From positions 1,530,001 to 1,562,000 of the forward strand of contig CP006868.1 in NCBI GenBank assembly GCA_025340205.1: a stretch of DNA of 32,000 nt. Reading direction: 5' to 3'. Every line of letters begins with the position of its first letter. Position 1 is the first letter of the stretch. The stretch is from Ignicoccus pacificus DSM 13166. Its GTDB lineage: Archaea; Thermoproteota; Thermoprotei_A; Sulfolobales; Ignicoccaceae. Positions 18,553 through 26,522 of this stretch are shown piece after piece. The translations under genes and the position numbers were made by a program. The notes beneath the pieces were generated by a model that saw nothing but the letters and a program-made list of their open reading frames with translations, made no database searches and was not told the DNA's origin.

Positions 18553-20550
18553 TTGAGGGAGCTCGCTCCCAGAAGGCTGAAACTGCCTCCAAATTCAAGG
18601 GGCGTACTACTTAGGTTCGAAAACGATAAGATTACCTATGCACCTATCTTTAAAAAGGGAATATTCATATTTGGGAAATATTACACTCCGAAACATTTTG
18701 AAGGGGAGGTAAAGCTTTGTACGATCAGAGGAAATGGGGAATGGGCGCTCCTTAAGAAGGGTAATGATTGGAAGGCGTTCAAAGTATTGAATGAGGTAAG
18801 CGACGGTGACAAGATATACCTAAAGATCAAGAAGGTCCATCATTTCCCCCGACACCTAACCTCGCTTCTTCAACCGAAGTTAAGGCTGAAGGTTTTAGAC
18901 TATTCTATACTCGTTAAGGTAGAATTTTTGGATAAAGAAGTTCTGTACAATTTCAAGAAATTGCTTGAAGTGAATGAGTTCGCTTGTGAAAAGGGAAGGG
19001 ATAGTTGGAGAAGACTGGTGGACAACGGATTGGTCTTGGGGAATTGTATAGGATCAACGTTCAAACCCACTATTTCCTTAATGGGAGAAGAGGCTATCCT
19101 CATGAGGGGTTACTTGAGTTCCTTACTCAACGCGCTTTCCCTTCCTCCGGATACCTTCGAAAACTGGTACGACGATGATCTTAAAGAGGTTATTCTAGAA
19201 GGCATAGATGCTAACCTTCCCGTAGAACTTAGAGATTACCAAAGGGATGCTGTAGAGAGGGCTTTGACCTACCTCGCGTTTCAAGGGGCTATCACCGTTC
19301 AAGCTCCGACGGGATCGGGGAAAACAGAGATAGCCTTAGCTATATCTAAAATAATTAAGGAAAATTTAAATAGGAAAATAATGTATTTAGCAATGTCGAG
19401 AAGCTTGGTTAATCAAACTGCTGAAAGGGCTCTGAGGTACGGCTTTAAGGCAATAAGCATGAGATCCTACGACTATCCTATGGATGATGACTTCTTAGCC
19501 ATAACAGCTCAGAGCTTGGTAAGAACATTGAAAAAAGGTGTTCCGGACTGGTTAAAGGAATTTAATGAGGAGAAAGGTTTAGTCATAATTGACGAGGCTC
19601 ATCACGTCCCAGCCTCAACGATGCTCTACATTCTTGAGAGGCTCGATAAGACCCTCCGCTTGGCCCTAAGCGCTACCCCTTGGAGGGAAGACGGCCTAGA
19701 GGGCTCCTTCTACGGTCACGTGGGAAGGCCCGAGGTGAGGATCGAAGCGCTAGACCTCTTAAGGAGAGGTTACATTGCGAACTTCAAGGTAATTAGGTAC
19801 AAACTTCACATTCCCTATGAACTCTTGGAAGGACTCTTCGAAAAGGAGCTCCTTTTCTCACTCTACAAGTCATTGAAGAACGACGTAGGAGGGGTTATAT
19901 TAAGGGGAAAGAGAATAGAGGTAGGATCAAAGGAAGGTCACGCCGTCATCTGGCTCTACCGCGGAAGACCAGTCATCAAGGTCTATGGCTCAGAAAGTTT
20001 CGAGATCAAAATTAAGGATATGGTTATGAGAAAGTATAAAGGCTTAAAGTACTTAGCTTTAGAAAGCACTCTTTCGAAATTGGAAAGAAGGACTAAGGCC
20101 ATAGCTAAGATAGCTTTGGGGCAACCGAGGCCTTGTTTAGTCATAACTAAGAGGGTTGTAGATGCGAAGAACATAGCTAAGGCTCTAGGAGCTCCCTTGG
20201 TCACAGGAGAGAGCGACGAGGAAGAGAGGGAGAGGGTCTTCGAGGGGCTTAGGAGAGGTGAGATAGGCATAGCGGTTGCTACCTCCATAGTTGATGAAGG
20301 AATAGACATTCCAAATTTGAAATCAGTGGTCTTGAGCCTAGGAGGTAAGAGCCATATCAAGACTGTTCAGAGGGTGGGAAGGGCCCTGAGAGGGGGGAAG
20401 GAAATTGCCATAATAGCGGAGATAGTTGACGTAATAGATGGTCACAGCGGTCTGAAGGAGATATTCTTGAGACACTCTAGGGAAAGGCTGAAGGCCCTTA
20501 AGAGGGTCTTTGGGGACGTCGAAATACTCGAGAAAGACGTATTTGTCTGA
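18553..20550 (+). CDS. XPB/Rad25-like superfamily 2 DNA helicase
   Basis: LRDYQRDAVERALTYLAFQGAITVQAPTGSGKTEIAL, VIIDEAHHVPA, LSATPWREDGLEG, IGIAVATSIVDEGIDIPNLKSVV, HIKTVQRVGRALRG. TTG start with CTATATAG TATA-like box at about 18515-18522. Confidence 0.92.
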   Translation: MRELAPRRLKLPPNSRGVLLRFENDKITYAPIFKKGIFIFGKYYTPKHFEGEVKLCTIRGNGEWALLKKGNDWKAFKVLNEVSDGDKIYLKIKKVHHFPRHLTSLLQPKLRLKVLDYSILVKVEFLDKEVLYNFKKLLEVNEFACEKGRDSWRRLVDNGLVLGNCIGSTFKPTISLMGEEAILMRGYLSSLLNALSLPPDTFENWYDDDLKEVILEGIDANLPVELRDYQRDAVERALTYLAFQGAITVQAPTGSGKTEIALAISKIIKENLNRKIMYLAMSRSLVNQTAERALRYGFKAISMRSYDYPMDDDFLAITAQSLVRTLKKGVPDWLKEFNEEKGLVIIDEAHHVPASTMLYILERLDKTLRLALSATPWREDGLEGSFYGHVGRPEVRIEALDLLRRGYIANFKVIRYKLHIPYELLEGLFEKELLFSLYKSLKNDVGGVILRGKRIEVGSKEGHAVIWLYRGRPVIKVYGSESFEIKIKDMVMRKYKGLKYLALESTLSKLERRTKAIAKIALGQPRPCLVITKRVVDAKNIAKALGAPLVTGESDEEERERVFEGLRRGEIGIAVATSIVDEGIDIPNLKSVVLSLGGKSHIKTVQRVGRALRGGKEIAIIAEIVDVIDGHSGLKEIFLRHSRERLKALKRVFGDVEILEKDVFV

Positions 20551-20575
20551 CCGCGGACATAGTATAGGGGCCTCC

Positions 20576-21022
20576 TTGGAGTACAACTACCTTCAGTTCA
20601 ACGCCGTGTTCCTAGCGATGCTCTTCGCCGGGACGGTCTTCCAATGGACATTACCTTGGCCTCCTCTATCCTATGCTTGGTCCGTGTTCTGGTTGGCACT
20701 CAGCGCCTACCTCCTCTACTATTACTTGAGGAAGCATCTCTGTACCAACTGCGTCTTCTATGGGAAGCCTTGCTTTAGCGGCTGGGGCCTCTTGGCTTCC
20801 AAGCTCTTCCCCAAGGGCTCAGGAGACTTCGATAAGGGGAGGAGGGTTGCTCCGCTGGCGTGGACCTTCTTCCTCCTCCCTCCCTTCCTAGCGACGATCA
20901 TTACCGGTCGCTCATTGGGAGCGTTCATATGGTTCTTTGCGTCACTTTACCTCATCTTGACGTTCAATTCATTCCATTCCAAGTGTCCAATGAGGGATAA
21001 GTGTCTTACCAAGCCTCGTTGA
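20576..21022 (+). CDS. Integral membrane protein with conserved-looking Cys pairs (unknown function)
   Basis: Several hydrophobic helices flanked by LCTNCVFYGKPCFSGWG and KCPMRDKCL. Track ORF from 20510; in-frame TTG 20576 avoids the overlap with the helicase gene. Confidence 0.7.
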   Translation: MEYNYLQFNAVFLAMLFAGTVFQWTLPWPPLSYAWSVFWLALSAYLLYYYLRKHLCTNCVFYGKPCFSGWGLLASKLFPKGSGDFDKGRRVAPLAWTFFLLPPFLATIITGRSLGAFIWFFASLYLILTFNSFHSKCPMRDKCLTKPR

Positions 21023-21530
21023 AGGTCGCTGAGAAGGCCATCAACGCTGCTAAATAACAGAAGTCCTCCCTCGTTATTATCCCCCTCGTCAGCTTCCCCA
21101 CCATTCCTCCCTTCCTTCCCAGTTCCGGATCGTTGAACTTCTCCACCATCATCCTCAAGAATTCATTTGGATTCTCCCTTATCCTCTCCTCCCAGTCGCT
21201 GGGCATCTCAAAGCCCGGCGCTAGCCCATACCTCATCCTTTCTCCATATTTGACCACTACCACGGTACTCATGAATACCCTTCCGTGCATTATGAACAAT
21301 CCTGACTCGGGCCCTACGCAGATAGCGCTTTCCTCGCAAACTCCCCTCGCCCTGTTCTCCGCTCCCACGAAGACCTCTTCCCCTACCGGAACCGCTGGAA
21401 CTCCACTGGGCACGTCCTTCCCTATTACCTCAACGTCTCCCAGCACGTCTCTGGCTGCTCTCTCTACGGCCCTAACCTTGACCGGATTAGTTGATCCCAC
21501 GAGAACTCTCCATCCCAATCCGGATCCCAT
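21006..21530 (-). CDS. DUF84 / inosine-xanthosine triphosphatase-like NTPase
   Basis: VLVGSTNPVKVRAVERAARDVLGDVEVIGKDVPSGVPAVPVGEEVFVGAENRARGV...ESGLF. Confidence 0.88.
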   Translation of the reverse strand: MGSGLGWRVLVGSTNPVKVRAVERAARDVLGDVEVIGKDVPSGVPAVPVGEEVFVGAENRARGVCEESAICVGPESGLFIMHGRVFMSTVVVVKYGERMRYGLAPGFEMPSDWEERIRENPNEFLRMMVEKFNDPELGRKGGMVGKLTRGIITREDFCYLAALMAFSATFNEAW

Positions 21531-21688
21531 AGCTTGAACCCTTCAACCTCCTTTAATCCAAAGTAGTAGGCAATGAATTCCTCCACTTCCGCTTCCATCC
21601 TCGCCCCCGCTCTAGCTCTAGCTAGAGGGGAGGTAGAGAGGGAGGTCGCTAGGTGACCTCCTCATCCTATCCCAATCTTATCAAAATA

Positions 21689-22159
21689 TTACGTTGAATC
21701 CTTCATGAGGAAGTAGAAGGCCAAGGCTATAGCGGAGAGCTCCGGTATGGCGACTCCTGGAGGTAGACCTAGGTACCAGTGGGATATCCATAGGGAAACC
21801 GAGCCCAAGGTACCGGCGTAGGCTAATGGAGTTCCGTGCAGTAATACGTACACATATATCATTATGAAAAGCAGAACTGAGACTACATAGTGATATATTC
21901 CGAAATCGATGTTTATCGCACCCACTAGTAGGCTAAGGATTGCCAATATCATTACCACTTGAGCGAAGTTCTTCAGGTTGAGATGGCTTATGCTGAAACC
22001 CGTTAAGGCAACACCTCCGTCGAAGAGCACTCCTCCTAAGGAGTTGGAAGCGCTGCCTAAAGCGCTCAGCGAGTAGGTCCACGGGTTCCACCACGGGGAG
22101 AGGGCTATTGAGAGTAGTAACGTGAGGGCGAAGATGGCTACCGGAACCCACTTCTTCAA
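21689..22159 (-). CDS. DUF998-like integral membrane protein
   Basis: SIALSPWWNPWTYSLSALGSASNSLGGVLFDGGVALTGF followed by multiple hydrophobic segments. Confidence 0.8.
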   Translation of the reverse strand: MKKWVPVAIFALTLLLSIALSPWWNPWTYSLSALGSASNSLGGVLFDGGVALTGFSISHLNLKNFAQVVMILAILSLLVGAINIDFGIYHYVVSVLLFIMIYVYVLLHGTPLAYAGTLGSVSLWISHWYLGLPPGVAIPELSAIALAFYFLMKDST

Positions 22160-22187
22160 GGCTAGCCCGGTAGTGTCCGCGTAACAC

Positions 22188-23216
22188 TCACTTTAAACCG
22201 TTCCTCTCGAACTGCTCCAAGCTGTACCTTATCGCTAAGAGATCCAGCCTTCCATGAGGTCTCAACTTCCTGTCAAGGGGATCCACGAATATTAAGTTGT
22301 TCTCTGCTAGCCACTTCACCACGTCATCTATCTGGCTGTAGATTATGTAATCCCTAACGCTGAATCCTTCCAATAATTCCATTACTTCCTTGAAGAACGT
22401 CTCGTCCCTCAGTCTGAGTAAGTTGAGCGTTTGGAACACTTGATCTTGTCTCAATGTCTTAGCTTTCTTCAGATAGCTTTCCAACTCGTCCTTGTACTTT
22501 ATGCACTGAATTAGAAGCAGTGGCTTCCCTCCGAAGGTCTCCCATATCTTCTCTATTTCCTCATCATTGAAGCCATAATGTCTTAGGAACTCCACCACGT
22601 CTTCTCTAGCTAAGTCGTCAACCTTGATATATTCAACATACGCGTTGAGATCCGGATTGGTGTGTATCGCGTCGATCAGCACCGAGTTGCTCGAGACCAC
22701 GAAGGCGTGAGCTATGTGCTCCTCTTTGGAGATTCCTATCGCGAAGTTTAACAGCTCATAGAACACCGTTCCATTCTTTCCATTTATGTGTTTTATCTTC
22801 TCAATGCTATCGAAGACCACCGTTGGGATGTTCCCATTGCTATGCTTTCTGAGTTCCTTTACCCAGAAGTTGAAGGCTCCACTCATACCCACGAGCCTAG
22901 CCCATTTAGTAAGTACTAACTCCCCTTCTCTCATGATATTGCTTACCATCTCCATTATCTCCTTCGACTTCAATTCCTCCATTAACGCCTCTACTACGTC
23001 CTCATAAGTGAGGACTGACTTCAGCTTGAAGTTGAGATAATACGTCTTCTCTCCCTTTCTCATCTTCCTCTTCAAGAACTCTCTCATCAACTCGCTTTTA
23101 CCCGAGTTAAGCGGCCCGTAAACCACGTAGAGCGCGTCGGGCCTATACTCAGTTATTCTCTCTAATAGTTCTAGCTCCTTCTTTCTATCAATGAAAGGCA
23201 CTATCATCCTTCCCAC
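22188..23216 (-). CDS. Archaeal ATPase (pfam01637-type AAA/STAND-like)
   Basis: FIDRKKELELLERITEYRPDALYVVYGPLNSGKSELMREFL (Walker A), PTVVFDSIEKI as a Walker B-like segment, C-terminal winged-helix-like region. Confidence 0.85.
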   Translation of the reverse strand: MGRMIVPFIDRKKELELLERITEYRPDALYVVYGPLNSGKSELMREFLKRKMRKGEKTYYLNFKLKSVLTYEDVVEALMEELKSKEIMEMVSNIMREGELVLTKWARLVGMSGAFNFWVKELRKHSNGNIPTVVFDSIEKIKHINGKNGTVFYELLNFAIGISKEEHIAHAFVVSSNSVLIDAIHTNPDLNAYVEYIKVDDLAREDVVEFLRHYGFNDEEIEKIWETFGGKPLLLIQCIKYKDELESYLKKAKTLRQDQVFQTLNLLRLRDETFFKEVMELLEGFSVRDYIIYSQIDDVVKWLAENNLIFVDPLDRKLRPHGRLDLLAIRYSLEQFERNGLK

Positions 23217-23326
23217 GCGTCTTCCACCGTTAACCCTCCAGCCGACTTATTACGCTCACCGTACAATCTATAGGCATACCCCCTCATCAAATGAACATTG
23301 TAGATAATTTACCGATATTCCCTATG

Positions 23327-23336
23327 TACTATATAG
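23327..23336 (+). promoter_or_regulatory. Probable TATA box for the 23380 ATPase gene
   Basis: tACTATATAG about 45-50 bp upstream of the TTG at 23380; the predicted start site falls inside the first palindromic unit. Confidence 0.45.
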
Positions 23337-23343
23337 ATCTTTA

Positions 23344-23381
23344 ACTGGTCGGGGAACCAGTTACTGGTGGGGGGACCAGTT
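23344..23381. repeat. Two tandem 19-bp palindromic units ACTGGT-N6-ACCAGT(T) abutting the start codon of the 23380 ATPase gene
   Basis: ACTGGTCGGGGAACCAGTT (23344-23362) and ACTGGTGGGGGGACCAGTT (23363-23381), 17/19 identical; each contains perfect arms ACTGGT/ACCAGT. The first extends to AACTGGT...ACCAGTT. Confidence 0.9.
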
Positions 23382-24408
23382 GTTATTCGATCTAAGACCA
23401 AAAGAACGCAAGGAGGACTTATTCGGGAGAGAAGAGGAACTAAGGAGGCTAGAGTCGTTTCTAGACAACATGCTTGGTGCTATAGTGTATGGGATAAGGA
23501 GAATCGGGAAGACCAGCTTGGTAAAGGTATATTGTAGCGAGTACGGAAGGTGCGCCTACGTCGACGTCAGGGGGCTCTACGATAGAGGGATAACCGTCAA
23601 CGCGTTCATTGAAGAGCTGCTGAAAGGAGTAAGGTCCCTAAACGATAGGATACCCTCGCTGGAGGTGGACCTCCGGGTACTCAGATTTAAAAGAGAAAAG
23701 AAAAGCAAGGCCTTGAGTGAGGTCCTAGAAGAGCTTGATAAACGTTCAATGATCTTAGTCATAGATGAAGCCCAGCTGTTAAGGGGAAACAAGGTGTTCT
23801 CAAACGTGTTCGCTTGGGCCCTTGACAATTTGAGCAACTTGAAGATAATCTTCAGTGGCAGCGAAGTTGGTGTTTTAGAAAAGTACTTGGGTTTGAGAGA
23901 TCCCTCCTCACCGCTTTACGGTAGAGGCTTGGGGGAGCTCAAGCTCTCTAAGTTCAGTTTAGAACTATCAACGGAGTTCCTCCGCAAGGGCTTTGAGGAA
24001 GTAGGAATGGAAGTACCTGAAGAGGAGATTGAGGAGGCCGGCAAAGAGTTGGGGGGCATAGTAGGGTGGCTCACCCTCTATGGGAACTTGCGCCTAAACG
24101 GTCTAGCTCATGAGGAGGCACTAATTAGGACGAAGGAGAGGGCTAAGAAGATAATAGCTCTTGAGTTGAAGAACTTCTTGGATCTAAGGCCTATGGGTCG
24201 CAAGAGATACTGTTGTATTCTGAGGGCAATAGCGTTGGGTTTGAGAGCTTGGAAGGATATAAAGAAATACTGCAACGATCAAAATGACAAAAACTTCACC
24301 AATGCTTTAAACAAACTAATTGATTATTCATTCATAGAAAAGGTAGAACACGAGTACCTTATGGTAGATCCCTTGATGAGGGACGCTATACTAGATGTTT
24401 GTAAATAA
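23380..24408 (+). CDS. Archaeal ATPase (pfam01637-type AAA/STAND-like)
   Basis: MLFDLRPKERKEDLFGREEELRRLESFLDNMLGAIVYGIRRIGKTSLVKVY (family N-terminus and Walker A), MILVIDEAQLLRG (Walker B), C-terminal wHTH-like part. Confidence 0.9.
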   Translation: MLFDLRPKERKEDLFGREEELRRLESFLDNMLGAIVYGIRRIGKTSLVKVYCSEYGRCAYVDVRGLYDRGITVNAFIEELLKGVRSLNDRIPSLEVDLRVLRFKREKKSKALSEVLEELDKRSMILVIDEAQLLRGNKVFSNVFAWALDNLSNLKIIFSGSEVGVLEKYLGLRDPSSPLYGRGLGELKLSKFSLELSTEFLRKGFEEVGMEVPEEEIEEAGKELGGIVGWLTLYGNLRLNGLAHEEALIRTKERAKKIIALELKNFLDLRPMGRKRYCCILRAIALGLRAWKDIKKYCNDQNDKNFTNALNKLIDYSFIEKVEHEYLMVDPLMRDAILDVCK

Positions 24409-24604
24409 TTAATCGTGCTCTGGTTAATCTTGAAGGGTCAAACGGTAAGACGATCCATATCTTCAGCCTGGATCTCTAATCCTTTGAGCTAGCCCGGAGG
24501 AGGCTTAGCTAGCCCGACCGCGATGAAGCTTGATAGTAGTGATACGATCGTCAATAAAGCCCCCGTTCAAACTGCGTTTCATCTATACCTACTGACCTCT
24601 ATAG

Positions 24605-24919
24605 CCGATCCCGTTCAACTGTCGTCTCACCCAACTCGGCTGCTCGCACTCTCGCTCTTCCCAATTTAAGGTTTCCGCAAGTAACCTAGTTCTGATGGGG
24701 TCTGGCATGAAGCTCTCTCAGGCTATACGCAAACTCCAAGGGTTTCTCAATCCTATGGAGTACCCGGGTCAGACGTCCCATGGTAGAGTTAACGCCCAGT
24801 TAACTCGACCGCCGGTAGATTTAACCCGATTGATGGATGGTCCTCGGTAACACCTCGACGAGGAAATGCCCATGGAGTCAGGGAAGCCGTTTCCTAACCC
24901 TCGCGGGGGATTAATATAG
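24605..24919 (+). pseudogene. Decayed coding segment, possibly the C-terminal tail of an IS200/IS605 TnpB
   Basis: One frame reads SNLVLMGSGMKLSQAIRKLQGFLNPMEYPGQTSHGRVNAQLTRPPVDLTRLMDGPR*HLDEEMPMESGKPFPNPRGGLI* with an internal TAA at 24848. TnpB assignment rests on general resemblance of the Pro/Gly-rich tail only. Confidence 0.3.
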
Positions 24920-25001
24920 ATAATCTTATTCATTGAATATGATGAAATTGCCACTGTTCTTAATCCCTCTCTAGTTGGTACTTGTCGAGAGGTAGAGAGT
25001 A

Positions 25002-25634
25002 GTGCATCCGGTAGCGCTTCTCGGATTTCTTGTGGGAATAATTGAGCTGATTATAGGATACATCGCAATTAAGAGGTATAGAGAGGTTGGTATCGATGGT
25101 CTGAAACTTTTTGCATTAGGTGTAATCTTGTTGGGAATAGGGCAGTTCTTATGTAAGTTCATTGGTCACGGAATACTAAGCCTTCCGGAATCATACGCTG
25201 TAGGTGTTCCCTTCAAATTCATTGGACTAGTGCTTGTAATATACTCATTGTTGGATATCGTAGGAACTAAATATGTCACCTCTGTAACAGTTCTAGGTAT
25301 AATATTAGGTATCGTCTTCATGATAACATCCTTCTATTCGCTGAGCGTCTTAGGGAAGCCCACCTTTATCTTATTCGGAATCCCTCACTTACTGTTCTTA
25401 ACTCTATTCCCTTGGATAGGTGCTTACGCGATTTACGAAATGTACAAGGATTCTAAAGACATAGGTGCGTTGACGTTTAGCTTGGGTTTGTTCATCTACG
25501 GTCTGGCTACAATCATAAACGTAGTGTTAACTACTGCCGTGGGCCTAGCCATGTTCTATTCGATGTCAATAGCCCTTAGTGTTAGGTTAATAGGTCTCAT
25601 AGTAATGCTTACAGGTTTCTTCATAGAAAGATAA
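25002..25634 (+). CDS. Hypothetical multi-pass membrane protein
   Basis: 210 aa, GTG start, about 6-7 hydrophobic helices (e.g. ALLGFLVGIIELIIGYIAI, FIGLVLVIYSLLDIV, SVTVLGIILGIVFMITSFY). Confidence 0.75.
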   Translation: MHPVALLGFLVGIIELIIGYIAIKRYREVGIDGLKLFALGVILLGIGQFLCKFIGHGILSLPESYAVGVPFKFIGLVLVIYSLLDIVGTKYVTSVTVLGIILGIVFMITSFYSLSVLGKPTFILFGIPHLLFLTLFPWIGAYAIYEMYKDSKDIGALTFSLGLFIYGLATIINVVLTTAVGLAMFYSMSIALSVRLIGLIVMLTGFFIER

Positions 25635-25667
25635 TAGTTAATAAGTTTTTTGAAGACTATACCTTTG

Positions 25668-25787
25668 CCGATGAGCGCAGCCCGACCCATGCGATCGGTG
25701 AGCGCCTTACGCCAGCGTACGAGGCTTTTGGAAGGATGAGGAAAAGTCTCAGAGACGAGCGACATCGCTTCGTAAAAAGCCCCTCGT
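25668..25787 (+). ncRNA. Candidate structured non-coding RNA (strand uncertain)
   Basis: CCGAT-gag-CGCA/TGCG-ATCGG hairpin (25668-25698); GCCTTACG/CGTA-cg-AGGC hairpin (25704-25725); ACGAGGCTTTT (25719-25729) pairs with AAAAG-cc-CCTCGT (25775-25787) around smaller hairpins GTCT/AGAC (25746-25756) and ACGAGCGA/TCGC-t-TCGT (25755-25773). No convincing CDS covers it. Confidence 0.35.
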
Positions 25788-26244
25788 GCTAAGTTGTCCC
25801 GAAAAACGTTTTCTTAAAATGAGGAATCGAAGGAATGCGGTTACGTTACTGGAAGAGCTCACATTCCTCCTTTACTTTGGACTCCACGAACTTCCTTATA
25901 GCTAAGTAAGCTATCAACGGAGGTAGGACATAGCTTACCACGCTTGCCATATTCGACCACCAAGTTAAGATATTGGTCCGTACGCGGCTTTTAGTTAAGC
26001 GGTTCGGTATCCCCCAGTTTGCTTACATTCGTTTAGTTTTTCGAATATATTTTGAATGAATGTTTAGATTTTATCGAGAAACTCAAAACAATGTTCGAAG
26101 AATGGGATACCAGAATATCTCGGAGCTTTCCTGGAGTTAGGTCCCCACAGCCTAACCTTGAGGCGGGGTGAAGTATGAGGCGCTTAGGAAAGGTATAGTT
26201 GATCAAGGAGTAGGGTAAGGGGGAAGGAGAGCGGAAATCGAGTG

Positions 26245-26253
26245 CTTATAAAG
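26245..26253 (+). promoter_or_regulatory. TATA box of tRNA-Arg gene
   Basis: CTTATAAAG centred about 28 bp upstream of the tRNA 5' end. Confidence 0.7.
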
Positions 26254-26277
26254 GTATGCGATGGACCGGACCGCGGA

Positions 26278-26356
26278 GGCCCCGTAGTCTAGCCTGGACT
26301 AGGACGCCGGCCTGCGGAGCCGGTGATCCCGGGTTCAAATCCCGGCGGGGCCGCCA
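26278..26356 (+). tRNA. tRNA-Arg (anticodon GCG), CCA encoded
   Basis: Acceptor GGCCCCG/CGGGGCC, discriminator G, encoded CCA; D stem GTCT/GGAC; anticodon arm CCGGC-CTGCGGA-GCCGG; T arm CCGGG-TTCAAAT-CCCGG. No intron. Confidence 0.97.
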
Positions 26357-26522
26357 GGCTTCAAAACAGAACACGAAAAGGGGAACGAGAGACCGTAGTA
26401 CATCATCCAGTAGTCGAAATTCCAAGAAGGTGCGAGCATTCCCTCCGAACGCCCCACCAGCTATGCAGAGCAAGTCGATACATCGCTCTACAACTGAGGT
26501 TAGTACTTGAGAGCTGAGCTAA

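Noticed and set aside
24769-24954. Minus-strand ORF MAISSYSMNKIIYINPPRGLGNGFPDSMGISSSRCYRG
   Set aside because: The plus-strand frame over the same bases looks more coding-like (as a remnant); no supporting family signal.
25735-25748. GATGAGGAAAAGTC resembling the RNase P RNA CR-I box
   Set aside because: Extra A relative to the consensus, local pairing is inconsistent with P4, and no convincing CR-V (ACAGAA-type) partner was found. Kept only as a note inside the structured RNA finding.
25556-25765. Minus-strand ORF overlapping the end of the membrane protein gene and the candidate RNA
   Set aside because: Antisense to a credible gene and lies in a highly self-complementary region; no recognisable motifs.
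26246-26510. ORFs on both strands across the tRNA (26246-26473 -, 26256-26510 +, 26323-26517 +)
   Set aside because: They read through a clear tRNA-Arg gene; composition is an artefact of GC-rich tRNA sequence.
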